Part shown: positions 57,903-64,000 of the stretch, in pieces
Numbering within the stretch: position 1 is the first letter of the stretch
Layout: each line of letters begins with the position of its first letter
NCBI GenBank assembly: GCA_038727135.1
Contig: JAVYWL010000002.1
Location: 160,001-224,000 of the forward strand
Source of the DNA: Candidatus Bathyarchaeia archaeon
GTDB taxonomy: Archaea > Thermoproteota > Bathyarchaeia > Bathyarchaeales > Bathycorpusculaceae
Reading direction: 5' to 3'
DNA length: 64,000 nt
Program-made: the position numbers and the translations under genes
The notes under the pieces: generated by a model
What the model saw: only the letters and a program-made list of their open reading frames with translations
Told to the model about the DNA's origin: nothing
Databases searched by the model: none

Positions 57903-59327
57903 ATGGAATCTAAGTATGGAGAAATTTTCTTCTTTAACACTTTGACACGGAAAAAGGAGAAGTTTGTTCCTTTAGAGGAGGGCAAAGTTCGGATTTACAC
58001 TTGTGGTCCCACGGTTTGGGATTTTGCCCATATCGGAAACTTTAGGACCTTTGTTTTTCAAGACATTTTAAGGAGATGGTTAGAGTATCGCGGTTTTAAG
58101 GTAATACAGGTCATGAACATCACCGATGTTGATGATAAGACAATTAAGGGGGCTAGGAAGCGGAACATTCCTTTAAGAGAGTATACAGACTACTATATCA
58201 AGGCGTTTTTTGAGGATATTGAGGCATTAAACCTTGAAAAGGCTGAGTATTATCCTAGGGCTACTGAGCATATTCCAGAAATGGTTGATTTGATTAAGAG
58301 GCTTATGGAGAAGGGCTATGCCTATAGGGGAGAGGATGGCTCCATTTATTATGACATTTCAAAGTTTAAGGATTATGGGAAACTTTCAAAGTTGAAAATT
58401 GAAGAGTTGAAGCCGGGCGCAAGAGTGAAAGTTGATGAATATGGGAAGGAGGAAGCTCGCGACTTCGCTCTTTGGAAGGCTTGGGACGAAGAGGATGGCG
58501 ACGTTTTTTGGGAGACGGAAATTGGCAAGGGAAGACCCGGATGGCATATCGAATGCTCAACCATGGCAATGAAATATTTGGGTGAAACCATAGACATTCA
58601 CAGCGGCGGCGTTGACCTCATTTTCCCGCATCACGAGAATGAGATTGCTCAAAGTGAGGCTGCTACTGGCAAGCCCTTTGCCCGTTATTGGCTTCACTCT
58701 GAGCACTTGCTCGTCGAGGGTAGGCGTATGGCTAAGAGATATGGCAACTTTTACACTCTGAGGGATTTGGTGGCAAAGGGTTATGACCCTTTGGCTATAC
58801 GTTATTTGCTTATGTCCACTCATTATAGACAACAGTTAAATTTCACCTTCGAAGGGCTTGAGGCTGCAAAGGGTGCTGTTGACCGCTTAAGAACTTTTAT
58901 GCGAAGGCTTTTGGAGGCTGATGGTGAAGGTTGCGGAGAAAAAGTGAGAAGTTTGATGGTTGAAGTGCAGAGGCGTTTTGAGGAGGCTATGGATGACGAC
59001 TTAAATATAAGTGTAGCTTTGGCTGCCCTTTTCGACTTCATTAGGGATGTAAACAAGCTTATGGACGAGAACAAAATAAGCAGGCAAGAGGCTGAAGAAG
59101 TATATAATTTGATGATGAATTTTGACAAGGTTTTAGGCGTTATAGGCGAAGTTAAAGCCGAAGAAAAGTTGCCGCCAGAGGCTGAAGAACTAATTAGAAG
59201 GCGGGAGGAAGCAAGAAAAGCCAAGGACTGGGCGACCGCTGATAAGATTAGGGAGCAGCTTAGAGCTATGGGCATTATATTGGAGGATACGCCTCAAGGA
59301 GTGAAGTGGCGAATAGAAAAACGTTAG
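57903..59327 (+). CDS. cysS: Cysteine--tRNA ligase
   Basis: CGPTV, HIGN, NITDVDDK, DFALWK, GRPGWHIEC, FPHHENE; KMSKS appears as RMAKR. Confidence 0.97.
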   Translation: MESKYGEIFFFNTLTRKKEKFVPLEEGKVRIYTCGPTVWDFAHIGNFRTFVFQDILRRWLEYRGFKVIQVMNITDVDDKTIKGARKRNIPLREYTDYYIKAFFEDIEALNLEKAEYYPRATEHIPEMVDLIKRLMEKGYAYRGEDGSIYYDISKFKDYGKLSKLKIEELKPGARVKVDEYGKEEARDFALWKAWDEEDGDVFWETEIGKGRPGWHIECSTMAMKYLGETIDIHSGGVDLIFPHHENEIAQSEAATGKPFARYWLHSEHLLVEGRRMAKRYGNFYTLRDLVAKGYDPLAIRYLLMSTHYRQQLNFTFEGLEAAKGAVDRLRTFMRRLLEADGEGCGEKVRSLMVEVQRRFEEAMDDDLNISVALAALFDFIRDVNKLMDENKISRQEAEEVYNLMMNFDKVLGVIGEVKAEEKLPPEAEELIRRREEARKAKDWATADKIREQLRAMGIILEDTPQGVKWRIEKR

Positions 59328-60130
59328 CGTAACTCTTTTCCATGCATATTCCATTCTATTGTTGCATATTTTTCTATGCAGAGTTTTTCAGTTAGCTTTT
59401 TTTCATAATTTGTTAAATCATCTTTTTCAAGCGTTGCCTTTAGCGCCTTTTGGAAGCCTTCAATTAGGGCTTCGTGCACTGTAGTGAGCGGAATTTCTCT
59501 TCCAAGCTCCGCCTTTATAGATGTTATCTTGTTTTTTGCTATGCTTACAACTTCCATGCATGTTTTTGCCCATGGAACCCTTATGAATGTGAACATCTTT
59601 TCGAGGTTAACGTCTACAAGTATTGTGCCATGTTGCAGGACTACGTCGGATTTGTGGCACTGGGCGCTTCCAGAAATTTTCTTCCCATTTATTGTTAGGT
59701 TTGGGCATGCCCTTGCATCGCCCTCATTAAAATCTGCTTTCAGCCCTAAAATTTTTAGGGCTTCAACTATGCCGGCGTAAATTTTTGCATAAACCTCTGT
59801 TATGTCCTTGGCGCCTAAATCCTCTTTGCTTGCGACTACACTGTAGGTTATTTCGCCTTCTGCGTCATGGTAGACTGTGCCTCCGCCAGTTACCCGCCTA
59901 ACAACGTCCACGCCATACCTTTGACAATTTTCGAGATAAACTTCATTTTCTATTTTTTGAAATCGCCCAATAGACACTGCCGAAGGTTTCCAACGGTAAA
60001 ACCTTACAGTGTTAGGCGCCAACCCTTTTGTTCTCGCCTCCAATATGGCTTCGTCTACTGCCATGTTCATGTAGGCGTTATGGGTTTGAAACTTTAGCAG
60101 TCTCCAATCAGCCATTTTGGAAGGCTCCAC
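59324..60130 (-). CDS. Lipoate-protein ligase A family
   Basis: NMAVDE, SIGRFQ, RR.TGGG.VYHD, KKISGSAQ, QHGT. Confidence 0.92.
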   Translation of the reverse strand: MEPSKMADWRLLKFQTHNAYMNMAVDEAILEARTKGLAPNTVRFYRWKPSAVSIGRFQKIENEVYLENCQRYGVDVVRRVTGGGTVYHDAEGEITYSVVASKEDLGAKDITEVYAKIYAGIVEALKILGLKADFNEGDARACPNLTINGKKISGSAQCHKSDVVLQHGTILVDVNLEKMFTFIRVPWAKTCMEVVSIAKNKITSIKAELGREIPLTTVHEALIEGFQKALKATLEKDDLTNYEKKLTEKLCIEKYATIEWNMHGKELR

Positions 60131-60290
60131 GCATCTGCATCAACTTATGTGTTTCATGTTTTAGAAAATTTCTGTTTTGGAGCTTTTCTAAGCCAATACA
60201 AGCCTCCCCTTTCTAGTTTTGATGGTTTCTGTCTCGTTCAGTTTAAATATTAGATGTGTGATTACACGTAGCGAGAGGAAAACGTAGGCT

Positions 60291-60731
60291 ATGGGTTCAA
60301 AGTCTCCGAGGGGCGAGTTCGCCGCAAGAAAACTCGCAGAGAAAAGGAAGAAGTTCCGTTGGAGTAGCATGTACTATAAAAGGCGCATGCTGGGCTTAGA
60401 TGTGAAGGCTGACCCCCTTGAAGGCGCACCAATGGCGAGGGGCATAGTTCTTGAAAAGGTTGGCGTGGAAAGCAAACAGCCCAACAGCGCCATAAGAAAA
60501 TGCGTCCGAGTCCAGCTAATCAAGAACGGAAAGGTTATTACGGCTTTTCTGCCCGGAGACGGAGCCCTAAATGTTGTTGACGAACACGACGAGGTAATAG
60601 TTGAGGGTATTGGTGGGTCCCGTGGGAGAAGTATGGGCGACATCCCAGGCGTCCGCTGGAAGGTCATAATGGTTAATGGTGTTTCCCTAAAAGAGCTTGT
60701 GCTTGGTAGGAAACAGAAGCCAATGCGGTGA
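60291..60731 (+). CDS. rps12: 30S ribosomal protein S12 (uS12)
   Basis: [22 protein letters not shown]. Confidence 0.98.
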   Translation: MGSKSPRGEFAARKLAEKRKKFRWSSMYYKRRMLGLDVKADPLEGAPMARGIVLEKVGVESKQPNSAIRKCVRVQLIKNGKVITAFLPGDGALNVVDEHDEVIVEGIGGSRGRSMGDIPGVRWKVIMVNGVSLKELVLGRKQKPMR

Positions 60732-60737
60732 TAAAGG

Positions 60738-61367
60738 TTGAGCAAGGAGCAAAAAGCAAAAGAGACAGAGCAGCAGAAAAAGGCCGAACGAAAGGCTGAG
60801 GAGAAGGAGATAAAGCTTTTCGGAAAATGGAGCTTCAAAGAGGTTGAAGTTAGAGACCCCGGCTTGAAGAGATACATATCTCTAAAACCAGTTGTTATCC
60901 CCCACAGCATGGGACGCCACGAGCACAAACGTTTTGGAAAGGCAAACGTGAACATTGTGGAGAGGCTTGTAAACAATCTTATGCGTCCAGGAAAGAACGC
61001 GGGTAAAAAGGCAAAAGCCATAAACATTGTTAAGCATGCCTTTGAAATTATCCACTTGCGGACCGGGAAAAATCCAATAGAGGTTCTTGTTAGGGCTGTT
61101 GAGAACTCCGCGCCATGCGAAGACACCACGAGAATCGCCTACGGTGGCATAGTCTACCACTTGTCTGTTGACATCTCACCCCAAAGAAGAGTTGACCTCG
61201 CTCTAAGGTACATATGCGAGGGAGCGCGGCAAGCTGCTATGCACAATCCCCGCTCAATTGAAGAGTGCCTGGCAGAAGAGCTTATTTTGGCGGCAAACAA
61301 CGACATGAAAAGCTATGCGGTTTCAAAGCGCCACGAGCTTGAAAGAATAGCTATGGCTTCAAGATAG
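60738..61367 (+). CDS. rps7: 30S ribosomal protein S7 (uS7)
   Basis: [28 protein letters not shown]. Confidence 0.98.
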   Translation: MSKEQKAKETEQQKKAERKAEEKEIKLFGKWSFKEVEVRDPGLKRYISLKPVVIPHSMGRHEHKRFGKANVNIVERLVNNLMRPGKNAGKKAKAINIVKHAFEIIHLRTGKNPIEVLVRAVENSAPCEDTTRIAYGGIVYHLSVDISPQRRVDLALRYICEGARQAAMHNPRSIEECLAEELILAANNDMKSYAVSKRHELERIAMASR

Positions 61368-61379
61368 CCTCATCAAGCC

Positions 61380-62555
61380 CTATTTTGTGTGAATTTCAAC
61401 AACGTCTCCATCTTCAAGGGTAAATGTGGCCCCAACCCTTTGGGGACTGAAGACGAGGCGTTTAGCCCAAACCCTTGCATAGGCAAAATTCTCGCTCAAG
61501 TCGCTGTGGATATTTCTGGCTAAATCATACACTATTGAGCCCCTCTTCATGACAAAGGGCTTTTCAGAAGCACCTTTTTTAGCCGGCTCCTTTGTGTATA
61601 CACGAATTAGGTCCAAAGTTTTGAATAGCGCCTCGCCTATCTCTTTTATGCCGGTTCCTGTCTTGCATGAAATGGCAATTATCGGAAGTTGTCCGCCAAC
61701 ATACTCCTCTAAAATTTTAAGGTTCGCTTCTGCGTTTTCCACGTCAACCTTGTTTGCAACAATTATGGCTGGCTTGTAAACCGTGCTTTCGAAGATAGCA
61801 TCTTCAACGTCGTCCAGTGTTGCCTCGCCATAAATTTTGACAACAGCGTCTGTAACCCTATAGCTTCTCAGAAGTCCCTCAACATCCTTAAAATTGCAAT
61901 CTAGAAGCTTTCCAAAAACGATTATGCGTAAGCCGGCGCCCATATACTTCCTTTCAATTTCAACTCGTGCTTTCGGCTTGCTAACAAGTATCCGCGTCTT
62001 CTCCAGTTCGTTGAGAATTGTGGAGAGCTGCCAAACAGGGTCTTGTGTTAAATCCACTATTAGGATTAAGCCGTCGGCATTTCTAGCCAAGGCAAGGGTT
62101 TGAAGACCCCATGCTCTCCCGTCCGCTGCGCCTTCCATTAGAGCTGGAGCCTCAACAAGCTGAAATTGAATATCCTCGTAGGGAAGCATTCCGGGAACAG
62201 GCTCTTTAGTGGTGTATGGAGCTGGTGAAACCTCAACTTTTGCGTTCGTGGCAGAAACGAGAAGACTGCTTTTCCCAACGTTTGTCAAACCCAAAATAAC
62301 TATTTGGGCTGCACCCTCCTTTTCTATGAAGAATTTTGGTCCTCCCCTGCCAGCCTTTCGCCGCTTTCCCTCCTCAAGCTCTCTCCGCAGAACAGCCATC
62401 TGCTTCTTAACTTGGGCGCATAACTTGGCTGTTCCCTTGTGCTTTGGAACAAGGCTTAGAAACTCTTGCATAAGCTGAAGTTTCTCCCTTGGGTTTCGTG
62501 CAGCTGAAACCTCAGCCCATTTTCGTTTGGCTTCCGCTGGCAGGTTTGTAGGCAT
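61380..62555 (-). CDS. DRG/Rbg-family GTPase with TGS domain
   Basis: MPTNLP, PKHKGT, G.TNVGKSS, YTT..PVPG, NKVD, C-terminal TGS. Confidence 0.9.
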   Translation of the reverse strand: MPTNLPAEAKRKWAEVSAARNPREKLQLMQEFLSLVPKHKGTAKLCAQVKKQMAVLRRELEEGKRRKAGRGGPKFFIEKEGAAQIVILGLTNVGKSSLLVSATNAKVEVSPAPYTTKEPVPGMLPYEDIQFQLVEAPALMEGAADGRAWGLQTLALARNADGLILIVDLTQDPVWQLSTILNELEKTRILVSKPKARVEIERKYMGAGLRIIVFGKLLDCNFKDVEGLLRSYRVTDAVVKIYGEATLDDVEDAIFESTVYKPAIIVANKVDVENAEANLKILEEYVGGQLPIIAISCKTGTGIKEIGEALFKTLDLIRVYTKEPAKKGASEKPFVMKRGSIVYDLARNIHSDLSENFAYARVWAKRLVFSPQRVGATFTLEDGDVVEIHTK

Positions 62556-62615
62556 AAGCCGTACGCGTCCCAAAACTTTATTCAAGGCGAATGCTAATAT
62601 CCGTTTCGAAAGGAC

Positions 62616-62963
62616 ATGCCAAACGGCGACCTACTTTTCAAAGCTAAAATAGTGCAGCTTATCATCGCGGGACAGGTTGACGAAGCTCTATCTATGCTAA
62701 GTCACCACTATGGCGTTGATTCTCCACATTTAAAGGTTGGAATGCCTAAGGGACACAGTGGCAAAGCTGGATGCTATGTTCCCAAAACAGAAACCATTCA
62801 TATTATCAACCATGAAAAGATTAGAGATTCCTTTATCATCCTCCACGAGTTTTACCATCACCTCCGAACCCTCGGCGGAAAACATAAAGGAACGGAGAAA
62901 AACGCGGACAAATTCGCAAAAGATTTCATAGAAGCCTACAGAAATTTTGCAAATGTCCAATAA
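62616..62963 (+). CDS. Small zincin-like protein
   Basis: GCY, ILHEFYHH, E..AD.FA. Confidence 0.7.
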   Translation: MPNGDLLFKAKIVQLIIAGQVDEALSMLSHHYGVDSPHLKVGMPKGHSGKAGCYVPKTETIHIINHEKIRDSFIILHEFYHHLRTLGGKHKGTEKNADKFAKDFIEAYRNFANVQ

Positions 62964-63075
62964 TTCACGCTTCAAACGTTTTTATCATAAACTTAAAATA
63001 ATTGAATGAACAGTTGTGTAAACGAATCCACTAAAAATAGGGAAAATTTAGAGTTTAAAGTATGGAGGAAAAGGG

Positions 63076-64000
63076 ATGAGCAGACCGGAAAAACCCCACC
63101 TAAACCTGGTGATTATGGGGCATGTTGACCATGGAAAGTCAACAACAACGGGTCACATGCTCTACCTAGCGGGCGTTGTTGACGAGAGAACAGTGAAGCA
63201 ATACGAAGAAGAAGCCAGAAAACTCGGAAAGGAAACTTTCAAGTTTGCATGGATTCTCGACAACCTCAAGGAGGAGCGGGAAAGAGGGCTAACAATAGAC
63301 TTGCGGTTCCTGAAATTTGAAACCAAAAAATACTACTTCACAATCATCGACGCGCCTGGCCACAGAGACTTCGTTAAAAACATGATTACAGGCGCAAGTC
63401 AAGCCGATGGCGCCATCCTCTTCGTCTCAGCGAAAAGAGGGGAATTCGAAGCTGGCATAGGTCCCGGTGGACAAACACGAGAGCACGCCTTTTTGGCTTT
63501 CACTTTGGGCGTTAACCAGCTTGTTGTAGCCATCAACAAGATGGACGACCCCACGGTTAACTGGAGCCAGGAACGCTATAACGAGGTCAAAAACGAAGTT
63601 GCCAGGATGCTCAAAATGGTTGGCTACAAGGTTGAGAAGATTCCATTTGTGCCAACTTCTGGATGGACAGGCGACAACCTTGTCAAGCCCAGCGACAAAA
63701 TGCCATGGTATAAGGGACCAACCCTGTTAGAGGCATTAGACGTCTTTGAAGTCCCGCCAAAACCACTTGACAAGCCGCTACGAATTCCGATTCAAGACGT
63801 TTACAGCATAACGGGCGTAGGCACGGTGCCCGTTGGCAGAGTTGAAACAGGAGTTCTTAAGGAAGGCGACACAGTCATATTCATGCCAGCCAACAAGCAA
63901 GGCGAAGTTAAGTCAATAGAAATGCACCATACAAGAATCCCAAGGGCTGAACCGGGCGACAACATAGGTTTCAACGTCAGAGGCATAGCCAAAACAGACA
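63076..64000 (+). CDS. tuf: Elongation factor 1-alpha (runs off the window end; absent from the ORF track)
   Basis: [54 protein letters not shown]. Confidence 0.97.
   Translation, partial: MSRPEKPHLNLVIMGHVDHGKSTTTGHMLYLAGVVDERTVKQYEEEARKLGKETFKFAWILDNLKEERERGLTIDLRFLKFETKKYYFTIIDAPGHRDFVKNMITGASQADGAILFVSAKRGEFEAGIGPGGQTREHAFLAFTLGVNQLVVAINKMDDPTVNWSQERYNEVKNEVARMLKMVGYKVEKIPFVPTSGWTGDNLVKPSDKMPWYKGPTLLEALDVFEVPPKPLDKPLRIPIQDVYSITGVGTVPVGRVETGVLKEGDTVIFMPANKQGEVKSIEMHHTRIPRAEPGDNIGFNVRGIAKTD

Noticed and set aside
57903-59327. KMSKS variants (RMAKR in CysRS, KASKS in MetRS) as inactivation
   Set aside because: The second Lys is retained and all other motifs are intact; such variants occur in class I synthetases.
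60374-61129. Long antisense ORFs (e.g. 251 aa opposite rps12/rps7, 215 aa opposite the ferredoxin, 212 aa opposite ileS)
   Set aside because: Shadow frames of well-conserved genes, with no motifs.
61368-63075. Loss of EF-2 from the str operon as a novelty
   Set aside because: EF-2 is commonly encoded elsewhere in TACK archaea.
1-64000. CRISPR array, rRNA or transposase
   Set aside because: No regularly spaced repeats, rRNA-like tracts or transposase motifs were seen.

Overview
Archaeal chromosomal window. Gene content and style (cdrS-ftsZ, Nop5/fibrillarin, rps12-rps7...EF-1alpha, Fae domain, frequent TTG/GTG starts) best fit Bathyarchaeia (TACK); this assignment is an inference. Most genes are housekeeping: tRNA modification, MetRS/IleRS/CysRS, pyrD/pyrK, PEPCK, RNase HII and two tRNA-Ala genes. 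Accessory patches are (i) the AT-rich right end of an element integrated at a tRNA-Leu-like att site, carrying an unusual Zn-ribbon PIN module, (ii) an ArsR/ArsP/thioredoxin/ferredoxin redox cluster with a VapBC pair, and (iii) a solo HEPN-like gene. The best candidates for undescribed biology are three. First, a DapA-family aldolase lacking the DHDPS Arg and fused to a complete formaldehyde-activating enzyme (Fae) domain. Second, a PadR/PadR + degenerate ComQ-like prenyltransferase + unannotated 19-aa peptide + MFS cassette with a palindromic back-to-back promoter. Third, an orphan K-turn/box C/D-like ncRNA beside a pentameric ligand-gated ion channel and a KaiC-like ATPase. Several small ORFs missing from the ORF track and one frameshifted peptidase were read by hand. 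No CRISPR array, rRNA or transposase was seen. All family calls come from motif recognition, not database searches.
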